Part shown: positions 1 through 7,628 of the stretch, piece after piece
Position numbering within the stretch: the first letter of the stretch is position 1
Layout: the number at the start of each line of letters is the position of its first letter
Assembly (NCBI GenBank): GCA_045604425.1
Contig: JAZUOB010000230.1
Coordinates: 1-25,668 of the forward strand
Direction: 5' to 3'
DNA from: Clostridia bacterium
GTDB lineage: Bacteria; Bacillota; Clostridia; UBA1381
DNA length: 25,668 bases
Program-made: the position numbers and the translations under genes
The notes under the pieces: generated by a model
Database searches by the model: none
What the model was told of the DNA's origin: nothing
Seen by the model: the letters and a program-made list of their open reading frames with translations, nothing else

Positions 1-17
1 TGGCTACGATCCGACTT
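1..17 (-). other. Untrimmed MGI/BGI (DNBSEQ) sequencing adapter remnant at contig end
   Basis: Reverse complement of 1-17 is AAGTCGGATCGTAGCCA, the start of the MGI read-2 adapter. The ABC ATPase frame departs from the expected family sequence exactly here (KRVEEA then KSDRS). Confidence 0.9.
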
Positions 18-371
18 AGCTTCTTCTACGCGCTTCTTGATTTCATCTTTTGGAGTCTTGCGAAGCTTAAGAGCAAATGCCATGTTCTCAAATACTGTCA
101 TATGAGGATAAAGAGCATAGTTCTGGAAAACCATTGCTATATCTCTTTCCTTTGGAGGAACTTCGTTCATAAGTTCTCCGCCGATATAAAGCTCGCCTTC
201 GCTGATTTCTTCAAGACCTGCGATCATACGGAGTGTTGTGGACTTACCACATCCTGAAGGCCCAACAAGGATGATGAATTCCTTATCTTCAATGTCAAGA
301 TTGAAATCGCTTACAGCTGTAACGCCGCCGGCGTATCTTTTGTAAATACTTTTGAGTTGTAAATCTGCCAT
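18..371 (-). CDS. Sugar ABC transporter ATP-binding protein (MsmX/UgpC/MalK family), 5' part only, truncated at contig end
   Basis: Own translation from ATG at 371: [56 protein letters not shown]...[24 protein letters not shown]. Contains Walker A and Q-loop. SD GAGAGGGG at 381-388. Absent from the ORF track. Confidence 0.95.
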
Positions 372-762
372 TTTATAAATCCCCTCTCATTTTTAAACAA
401 CTGCCTCTGCAGTCATCAATTGCTAATCAATAGTAAACACACATCTGCTTACGATACTATAATACCATTCCTTTTGCTTTTTGAAAAGACAATAATTGCA
501 CAAAAATCGGCTGACCGCTTTAGTCACATTTCCCATATAGGAAAAAACAGACCAAAAACCAGAGGTTTTGTTGTTCAATTTGCATAAAATATCTTGTGTT
601 TTTATACCCCAAATCAAGAACCAGAGCACAATATTTGGATATTTTGTATACTTTTTATGTGTAAATTTGTAAAAATTTCACGTTTAAATCTACACGTAAA
701 AAAAACAACTTTTCCCTTATGATTTTTTAGTAATTCTGTCACACAAAAACCATGAGAAGTTC

Positions 763-810
763 AAAAAAAGTCCGGAGCGCAAAGATTAAACTTATACGGT
801 CCGGATTTTT
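763..810 (-). terminator. Probable intrinsic terminator downstream of RNase H gene
   Basis: TCCGGA arms at 771-776 and 800-805, followed on the minus strand by a 7-T run. Lies immediately after the stop codon. The loop is long. Confidence 0.55.
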
Positions 811-1399
811 ATATTCCAAGTATCTGTTTTGCAAGCTTATCTGCTTCGTCGTTATACTTATCTCCCGAATGGCCTTTGACTTTGGTGAATTTTACATAAA
901 GCTTATCCTTGATGCTTTCATAATAAAAGTGATAATTTTTTGTGCCCTCTTTGTTTGTCTTCCACTCTTTTGTGCACCACTTTTCTACACCCTCATAATC
1001 ATATACTATCTCAAGAGAGGGTATATCATGCCTTACACAGTAATCCATTACAAACTTTGCACCTTCTATCTCCCCTGCTACATTTCGCATAGAGGAGTCT
1101 TCATTGTTTTCAAAGGCTTTTGAAAAGGTCAGCTTTTCGTCGCCTATAAACAACACCACACCATAAGAGTATCTTCCGTCGGATACATTATAGCTTCCGT
1201 CGGTATAGGCTTTGGCAGCACAAGAGCTGCACTCTTGGTCCTGAGCTTTCACTCCCATGTATTCAAGTGCTCCGTTTTTGTCTTCAAAGCCTTTATATTC
1301 TGCTCCGCTAAAGCCTTCAACCTGCGCTTTGCAGTCCTCCCACGAAGTGTATATACCGGGGACGCGGCCGGAGCGCACTGCATAATATTTCTTCTTCAT
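809..1399 (-). CDS. rnhA: Ribonuclease HI with N-terminal hybrid-binding (caulimovirus viroplasmin-like) domain
   Basis: N-terminal KYYAVRSGRVPGIYTSWEDCKAQV. Catalytic motifs YTDGS, VAGEIEGA, YDYEG and KVKGHSGDKYNDEADKLAK. Confidence 0.93.
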   Translation of the reverse strand: MKKKYYAVRSGRVPGIYTSWEDCKAQVEGFSGAEYKGFEDKNGALEYMGVKAQDQECSSCAAKAYTDGSYNVSDGRYSYGVVLFIGDEKLTFSKAFENNEDSSMRNVAGEIEGAKFVMDYCVRHDIPSLEIVYDYEGVEKWCTKEWKTNKEGTKNYHFYYESIKDKLYVKFTKVKGHSGDKYNDEADKLAKQILGI

Positions 1400-1409
1400 G
1401 GCTTTGTCC

Positions 1410-2048
1410 TCAACTGTTAAAGCTTCTGTACTGTCTGCCGTTTAGCTTGATTTCAACGCCTGGGTTAATTGTCTGGATATTTCTCATGATTTTCATTACT
1501 TCTTTAGCATCAAAATCAACAACATTCATGTATGCACTGTCACCGTCGGTGGTGGATACATAAAGGATATCCATTCTGTCAAGCATCTTCTGATTTGAAT
1601 TATACTTGGTGTTCTCATATAATGCTACAGCCTCAAGAAAGGCTTCATCATCAGTATTTCGCTTGATAAATGTCTTTGTTCCGATTATTATACGGCCTAT
1701 CTCATTTATTGGCACTCTAAGTCTTATGTTCTTGGCAGGCAAAAGCTCGCCGAAGAACTTGATATTTGAAAGAGTCTGGTGAGGGAAAAAGCAATTGTCC
1801 CAACACTGCATCATAAGGTCTTTGCCGTCCTGTGCTATCCAGGTTGAATACAATTCATTCAGGCACACCAATATATAGCTTGCTCCAAGTATGATGCCTA
1901 TGAAATACGCAGCTACATACCAATAGTTCATCATTATGATATTATATACTATAAGACCTATTGCGACTATGCACAAAGCTATAACTGCCCACATAGACAC
2001 AGAGCCTCTGGCTCTTCTTTTTTTGCTCACACATGCTTTATTAGTCAT
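1410..2048 (-). CDS. Hypothetical membrane protein (two N-terminal hydrophobic helices)
   Basis: 212-aa ORF with SD AAGGAG and two hydrophobic stretches near the N-terminus. Packed between neighbouring genes on the same strand. Confidence 0.75.
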   Translation of the reverse strand: MTNKACVSKKRRARGSVSMWAVIALCIVAIGLIVYNIIMMNYWYVAAYFIGIILGASYILVCLNELYSTWIAQDGKDLMMQCWDNCFFPHQTLSNIKFFGELLPAKNIRLRVPINEIGRIIIGTKTFIKRNTDDEAFLEAVALYENTKYNSNQKMLDRMDILYVSTTDGDSAYMNVVDFDAKEVMKIMRNIQTINPGVEIKLNGRQYRSFNS

Positions 2049-2063
2049 AAATCTATCTCCTTA

Positions 2064-4406
2064 TCAGCGAGAAACTCTTTTTGCTCCCGCATATTCTCTT
2101 TGAAAATAGCTTCCTTGAAGACTTGATACCTTGACTACATCTCCTGTAGAGGGTGCATGAACCATTTTGCCGCCGCCAATATATATACCTACGTGATGTA
2201 TCACACCATTATTCTGGAAAAATACAAGGTCTCCGGGGATAAGTGCATTCTTATCTACAAAATCACCGGCTTTTGCAAACTGCTGGGCGCTTGTTCTGGG
2301 TATATTATTTATTCCCAGCTTATTAAACACATATTTAACAAGACCTGAACAGTCAAAGCCTTTTGGAGTAGTACCTCCCCATACATATGGAACTCCCTTG
2401 TAAGACAGTGCCAGATTGCATACAGCCTGGCCAAACTCTGTAGAAGCTTCCATAGGCATCTCTCCTGATATACCTACAGTATATGATGCGCGTGGGATAG
2501 TATTTCTAAGCTGACGATATTTTTTTGTAGCAGGAACCTTGCGCTGCGTAATTCTTGTGCGCCACTGACCCTGTGATGCCTCTATATAATCCACATCATA
2601 AAAATACAGCCAATTATTATCATTTCCGTAATAAAAATCGTATCTTTCACCGGGGGCTAAAACAAACTGATTTATCTTTTGAACTATCTCTTTGATTGTG
2701 ACAGTGATAAACTCCTGCGCCATGTCCTCACCTGTAGCACGGCTTACAGCAGTAATGCATATATTATACTTGCCGGCAGGCAGTGCGTCGAGAGTATATT
2801 CAAACTCGTCTTTCAGCTCTTTTGTGAGTATTGCTTCATCATCTTTGTTATATACATCTATTCTTAAGTCTCTGTAAGCAGAAGAATATGCGCTTATATG
2901 TATTTCCTCTTCGTAAGTCTGAGACTCTCCCTTTGGGGACTTGACCTCAAGAGGCACCGCTGCATCTTTGTACAAAAACACTACAGTATTGCCGGGAATT
3001 TCTTCCTTGCCGTCCACCGATGCTATACATGCTCTGTACATATTACCCTCTGTAAGCATATAACCGGGAATTGTTATACCAGAGTCGTCTGTAGTGATGT
3101 AAGCATTTACATCATATCTTTCTTTTTCAAGATTATACACCTTTACCAAGTACTCTTTTGCACAGGCTTTCTTCATTTGAAGAATCAAATCTTTGTCTTC
3201 TGTCTTTTGATTATTTTCAGGTGAAATAATCTTTGGTGCTTTTATTTTTATGTCTTTTTGTGTGTCTTCTATGGGTGCTGCGCCGTCTGTCATGCCAAGA
3301 ATTGACACTATGCTGCTTCCGGAATCTTTGGCCGTGATACAAAAGCCCCCGTCTTTTGCTTCCATTGTGAGCTGTGATGCTGTATTAAAGTGATATGAAA
3401 GTATTGAAGAGTCCATAAGAAGATTTGTATAAAGCTGTATAAAATCCTCACCTTTTACAAATTCTTCTATAGATGTGTCTTTATTAAGGCTTGGTATAAG
3501 GTCAACCGGCTTGTCTATAAAAGTCACAAGTCCGCTTTTTGCTCTATGTGAGTTGATAGCATGAAGAAGCATATTCGCTACAGACTCCGGACTGTTTGGA
3601 AGGTCCTCAGGGTTTGGAACATAATATGCTCCGCTTATTTCTCCGCTTTGGTCCCGGATAACACTGACACCTTCATCTTTAGTGAAATCCTGACAATTTG
3701 TAAAATACCCAACCACAATATCGTCTTTTATACCTATAATTATAAAGGTTTTATAATTTGAACTGTATACAAACCACTCAACACCTGAAGCTGAATACTC
3801 ACATGAGTCCGGCTCACCAAGCTTTGAATACACTTCATCAACAGAGCTTCCCACATGGATAGTCACATCACCTACAGTGACAGGGAGCTTCTTTGAAAAT
3901 AGTCTGTAAACATTTGAAATCATGGTATCTGCGCCGCTTTTGGTCAGAATACCGTCAGGATATGTAAGGCCTCTTACTGATATAATCCCATGGCGTATCA
4001 TAGAAGCATAGGCTATTTTATTCTCAGGAGAAATCAGGGCATTGTCATAGCAGGAATTTAGTATCTCCTTTGCCTGACTTTCGCTTATAGAAAACTCCGG
4101 GTCAACACTTACAAGTATATTATATATTATACCGGATGCATCCTGCTTTGAAATAGTATCTTGCAAAGCTTCTGCTTTTTCATAGGAAATAATGCCTTTT
4201 TCACAAGCAGAAAGGACGTCACTGCTTGAGGGTGAAAAGCCTTCAGGAGCAGGCACGGATGCTTCGGGCATTTCAAGCTTGCCGCTAAGATTCAAAGCTT
4301 CTTTTATAAAATATTCAGTTGTGCAGGCATCATCTGCCAGTGCTTTTGAAAAGCCAAATACCATGGCAAGTATACATACAACTATAAAAAGTTTTTTTCT
4401 TTGCAT
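2064..4406 (-). CDS. Secreted multidomain NlpC/P60 cell-wall peptidase (CAP-associated-like central region)
   Basis: Signal peptide MQRKKLFIVVCILAMVFGFSKALA. C-terminal PYVWGGTTPKGFDCSGLVKYVF...HHVGIYIG...MVHA with Cys-His-His. Middle YSKLGEPD...WFVY resembles CAP-associated domains. Confidence 0.88.
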   Translation of the reverse strand: MQRKKLFIVVCILAMVFGFSKALADDACTTEYFIKEALNLSGKLEMPEASVPAPEGFSPSSSDVLSACEKGIISYEKAEALQDTISKQDASGIIYNILVSVDPEFSISESQAKEILNSCYDNALISPENKIAYASMIRHGIISVRGLTYPDGILTKSGADTMISNVYRLFSKKLPVTVGDVTIHVGSSVDEVYSKLGEPDSCEYSASGVEWFVYSSNYKTFIIIGIKDDIVVGYFTNCQDFTKDEGVSVIRDQSGEISGAYYVPNPEDLPNSPESVANMLLHAINSHRAKSGLVTFIDKPVDLIPSLNKDTSIEEFVKGEDFIQLYTNLLMDSSILSYHFNTASQLTMEAKDGGFCITAKDSGSSIVSILGMTDGAAPIEDTQKDIKIKAPKIISPENNQKTEDKDLILQMKKACAKEYLVKVYNLEKERYDVNAYITTDDSGITIPGYMLTEGNMYRACIASVDGKEEIPGNTVVFLYKDAAVPLEVKSPKGESQTYEEEIHISAYSSAYRDLRIDVYNKDDEAILTKELKDEFEYTLDALPAGKYNICITAVSRATGEDMAQEFITVTIKEIVQKINQFVLAPGERYDFYYGNDNNWLYFYDVDYIEASQGQWRTRITQRKVPATKKYRQLRNTIPRASYTVGISGEMPMEASTEFGQAVCNLALSYKGVPYVWGGTTPKGFDCSGLVKYVFNKLGINNIPRTSAQQFAKAGDFVDKNALIPGDLVFFQNNGVIHHVGIYIGGGKMVHAPSTGDVVKVSSLQGSYFQREYAGAKRVSR

Positions 4407-4439
4407 CAGCTTACTCCTCCCATTATAATATACCTTAAA

Positions 4440-4468
4440 ATTATAACAAAAAATATAATGAAAGTAAA
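4440..4468 (-). promoter_or_regulatory. Putative sigma-A promoter of the NlpC/P60 gene
   Basis: On the minus strand: -35 TTTACT (4463-4468), 17-bp spacer, -10 TATAAT (4440-4445). SD GGAGGAG at 4414-4420. Confidence 0.5.
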
Positions 4469-4590
4469 TAAAAAATAAAAATATTCAAAAAAATCTAACA
4501 ATTGTTTAATATTGGAATAAAAAGTCAACATTATTTGACAATATTGGCTATAAGCCTCCTTGTATTTTGACGGTTTTTCCACGAAGTTTG

Positions 4591-4599
4591 TGTTATACT
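4591..4599 (+). promoter_or_regulatory. Extended -10 promoter element (TGtTATACT) of the phage-like operon
   Basis: TG-n-TATACT about 40 bp upstream of the capsid ATG. TTGACG at 4567-4572 is 21 bp away, too far to be a canonical -35. Confidence 0.5.
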
Positions 4600-4602
4600 C
4601 TG

Positions 4603-4620
4603 TCTATAACCGGTTATAGA
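4603..4620. promoter_or_regulatory. Perfect 18-bp palindrome TCTATAACCGGTTATAGA, putative operator over the transcription start
   Basis: Self-reverse-complementary. Lies between the -10 element and the SD AAGGAG (4627-4632). Confidence 0.7.
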
Positions 4621-4639
4621 AAAAACAAGGAGTGATTTT

Positions 4640-5848
4640 ATGACAGATACAGAAAAGCTTTTGAACCTGAACACTACAAAGTCAAACGGTACAGCTCCTC
4701 TTTTTCAGGATGTTCTGAACAGACACATCCTCAAGAAAGCGGAAATAAAGCTTGTTCACGACCAGTTTGGACAGAAGGTACAGGTGCCAAAGGGTAAAAC
4801 AAAAACTATTGCATGGGACAGACTTTCTCCACTTCCAAAGGCAACTAAGCCGCTTACTGAAGGTATAACACCAAAGGGCAGCACTATCAATATTACAAGA
4901 ATTACTGCCCAGCCTATTCAGTATGGCAACTATGTGAGCTACACTGACAGCTTTGATTTCTTTAAGCATGACCCGTCACCTGAAGTTCTTAAGATGAACG
5001 AGCTTTTGGGAAGAAACGCCGCTGAAACTCTTGATGATATTACAAAGGACGTGCTTTCAGCAGGTACAAACGTACTTTATGCAGGCGGTGTATCAAGCCG
5101 TGCTGAGCTTGAAGGCGGCCTTACCGTCACAGATATCAGAAAGGCTGTAAACCAGCTTAAGAGAAACAAGGCAGTGCCTTTTGACGATGGCTATTATGTG
5201 GCAATCGTTCATCCTGATGTGACTTTTGATATCCAGTCCGACGAAAACTGGAAAAAGCCTCATGAATACACAGATTCAAAGCACATCTACAAAGGTGAAA
5301 TCGGCGAGCTTTACGGAGTGAGATTTGTAGAAACCCCTGATGCAAAGGTATTTAGAGGCACAGACCTTGCAGAAAACAGAGCAGAGCTTACAGTCCAGAA
5401 AATCGATGCCGAAAATAACAAGATATTCATTATGGAGGACTTGTCTGAAACAGAAGCTCAGGCACTTGCAGGCAGAAGCATTATTGCTAACGGCTTTATC
5501 TATGTGGTGGAAAGCGCCCAAGCCGGAGAAAACGGTGAAGCCTGCGTTGTTGTAAACTCTCAGCCTGACTCTTCTATTGAGCTTGACACCGCTATCTACC
5601 CTGCAGACGGCGGCGGTAAAAACAACAGTCCTGTATACGGCAATCTCTTTATTGCCAAGGATGCATACGGCGTAACAAGTCCTAAAGGCAATATTGAAAA
5701 TATTACCAAGGCGCTAGGCTCTGCCGGAAGCTCTGACCCTCTCAACCAAAGAGGTACTATGTCATGGAAAGCATATCACATGGCAAAAATTCTTGAACCT
5801 CTTTATCTTTTGAGATACGAATCATTGTCAACCCTGACAAAGATGTAA
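4640..5848 (+). CDS. Major capsid protein, N4-gp56 family
   Basis: Motifs PLTEGITP, QYGNYVSYTD, DVLSAGTNVLYAG, YVAIVHPDVTFD, GEIGELYGVRFVE and DPLNQRGTMSWKA. SD AAGGAG. Confidence 0.9.
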   Translation: MTDTEKLLNLNTTKSNGTAPLFQDVLNRHILKKAEIKLVHDQFGQKVQVPKGKTKTIAWDRLSPLPKATKPLTEGITPKGSTINITRITAQPIQYGNYVSYTDSFDFFKHDPSPEVLKMNELLGRNAAETLDDITKDVLSAGTNVLYAGGVSSRAELEGGLTVTDIRKAVNQLKRNKAVPFDDGYYVAIVHPDVTFDIQSDENWKKPHEYTDSKHIYKGEIGELYGVRFVETPDAKVFRGTDLAENRAELTVQKIDAENNKIFIMEDLSETEAQALAGRSIIANGFIYVVESAQAGENGEACVVVNSQPDSSIELDTAIYPADGGGKNNSPVYGNLFIAKDAYGVTSPKGNIENITKALGSAGSSDPLNQRGTMSWKAYHMAKILEPLYLLRYESLSTLTKM

Positions 5849-5880
5849 TCTGCTTTTTTATCCTCACCGCAAGCAGATTA
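5846..5880 (+). other. Intergenic stem-loop between capsid and terminase genes
   Basis: TAATCTGCTT (5846-5855) and AAGCAGATTA (5871-5880) form a perfect 10-bp inverted repeat with a 15-nt loop. No U-tract follows the stem. Confidence 0.65.
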
Positions 5881-5898
5881 ACTACGGAGGAAACGCAA

Positions 5899-7290
5899 AT
5901 GAATGTTGTATGGAAACCACAGGAAAGACAAAGGGTATTTCAATCAAGGTCTGAGTATGAAGCGCTTTATGGCGGAGCTGCCGGTGGCGGCAAGTCCGAT
6001 GCTTTGGTGGCAGAGGCGCTCAGGCAAGTACACATTCCTCATTATAAGGGTATTATTTTCAGAAAGACTTTTCCTCAGCTGAGGGAGCTGATTTCAAAGT
6101 CTCGCCGTATATACTCTGCGGCATTTCCGGATGCGGTATACAATTCCACTGAGCATGTCTGGCGATTTCCCTCCGGCGCCCGAATATACTTCGGATCCAT
6201 GCCGAACAAGGACAGCTACCTGAACTATCAGGGGCTGTCCTTTGCTTTTATAGGCTTTGATGAGCTGACACATTTTACCCGAGAGGAATACGAATATCTT
6301 ATATCAAGAAACCGTGCTGACGGCGAGGGCGTAAGAGTGTATATAAGGGCTACAGCAAACCCCGGTGGTATAGGACACGGCTGGGTAAAGGAAAGATTTA
6401 TCACTGCCGCACCGCCTAATACCACAATAAGATTCAAAACAAATGTCAGAATGCCTGACGGCTCTATGAAAGAGGTGGAAAGAACAAGAGTTTTTATCCC
6501 CTCATCCGTATTTGACAATCAGGCACTACTGGACAACGACCCAAACTATCTTGCCAATCTGGCATCCTTGCCTGAGGCACAGAAAAATGCGCTTTTGTAC
6601 GGTGACTGGGACACTTTTTCAGGGCAGGTATTTACAGAATGGAAAAACCACCCTGAAAATGAGGACAGAAGAAATACCCATGTGATAAGACCTTTTATTA
6701 TACCAAGGCACTGGAAAAGATACAGAAGCTTTGACTACGGCTATACACGGCCTTTTGCAGTGCAGTGGTGGGCTGTTGACGAGCAAGGTATATGCTATCT
6801 GTACAGACAGCTTTACGGATGTACAGACCAACCAAATACCGGCGTTCGAATGGAGCCGTCAGCTATCGCCAGAATGATAAAGGAAATTGAGGATTCAGAG
6901 GAGGCAGGCAACAATATCATCGGTATTGCGGACCCTGCCATATGGGATGAAAGCCGAGGCAAAGCAGGAACTATTATAAATCTCTTTGAAAGAGAGGGTG
7001 TGTATTTTGAAAAAGGCGACCACAAAAGAATTCCCGGCAAAATGCAAGTACATCACAGGCTGGCTTTTGATAAAAACGGCTATCCCATGATGTATATATT
7101 TGATACCTGCCGTCATTTTATAAGGACCTTTCCAAACCTTGTATATGACCCTAAAAAACCGGAAGATATCGACACAGATTGTGAGGACCATGACTATGAT
7201 GCCATGCGGTATTTTCTGATGAGAAACCCCATTCCCTCACCAAGTGTACAAAAAAGCTGCGAGAACCAAATAAAAATCTATTACAAATAA
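5899..7290 (+). CDS. Terminase large subunit (Terminase_6-like)
   Basis: Walker A YGGAAGGGKS, Walker B FIGFDELTHF, RATANPGG, nuclease motifs SFDYG and EDHDYDAMRY. SD GGAGG. Confidence 0.95.
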   Translation: MNVVWKPQERQRVFQSRSEYEALYGGAAGGGKSDALVAEALRQVHIPHYKGIIFRKTFPQLRELISKSRRIYSAAFPDAVYNSTEHVWRFPSGARIYFGSMPNKDSYLNYQGLSFAFIGFDELTHFTREEYEYLISRNRADGEGVRVYIRATANPGGIGHGWVKERFITAAPPNTTIRFKTNVRMPDGSMKEVERTRVFIPSSVFDNQALLDNDPNYLANLASLPEAQKNALLYGDWDTFSGQVFTEWKNHPENEDRRNTHVIRPFIIPRHWKRYRSFDYGYTRPFAVQWWAVDEQGICYLYRQLYGCTDQPNTGVRMEPSAIARMIKEIEDSEEAGNNIIGIADPAIWDESRGKAGTIINLFEREGVYFEKGDHKRIPGKMQVHHRLAFDKNGYPMMYIFDTCRHFIRTFPNLVYDPKKPEDIDTDCEDHDYDAMRYFLMRNPIPSPSVQKSCENQIKIYYK

Positions 7291-7307
7291 GAAGGAGAAT
7301 AAAAATT

Positions 7308-7628
7308 ATGACAAGCACTACTACAAAAAAGACAACTGAAACAAAACCTAAAATGACAGTAAACGAAAGAAGAAAAATCAATAATGAAAACTACAGAAGC
7401 TACATGAACGAAAAGGTGTCTGTGACAATACCCCTTGGCGCTGAAAAGCTTGGCACTACCACAACCGCTTCTTGCGACGGTAAGGTGTATGAAATAAAGC
7501 TTGGGGAAACTGTAAAAGTGCCAAGAAAACTTGCAGAAGTGATAAAAAGAAGTATTGACGGCAACCTTGAGGTTCAGAAAAAAATGGAAAAGGCGGCACA
7601 GGGTGCAAAGGAAATCGGTGAATACTGA
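7308..7628 (+). CDS. Small phage protein, probably virion-associated
   Basis: 106 aa with SD AAGGAG. The motif DGKVYEIKLGETVKVPRKLAEVI resembles small proteins encoded beside N4-gp56-type capsids. Joined to the next gene by a TGATG overlap. Confidence 0.65.
   Translation: MTSTTTKKTTETKPKMTVNERRKINNENYRSYMNEKVSVTIPLGAEKLGTTTTASCDGKVYEIKLGETVKVPRKLAEVIKRSIDGNLEVQKKMEKAAQGAKEIGEY

Noticed and set aside
653-701. Imperfect 11-bp inverted repeat, and a TTTGTAAAAATTT 13-mer shared with 19291-19303
   Set aside because: Low-complexity AT-rich sequence in which such matches are expected by chance.
4551-4561. Minus-strand AAGGAGGCTTA, identical to the portal SD region, as a possible gene remnant or inversion scar
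   Set aside because: No properly spaced start codon or meaningful ORF follows, and an 11-nt SD-containing match is plausible by chance.
4524-4572. TTGACA (4535) and TTGACG (4567) as -35 boxes, plus the GTCAA-N6-TTGAC inverted repeat
   Set aside because: Neither has a -10 at 16-18 bp spacing, and the 5-bp arms are too short to support in AT-rich DNA.
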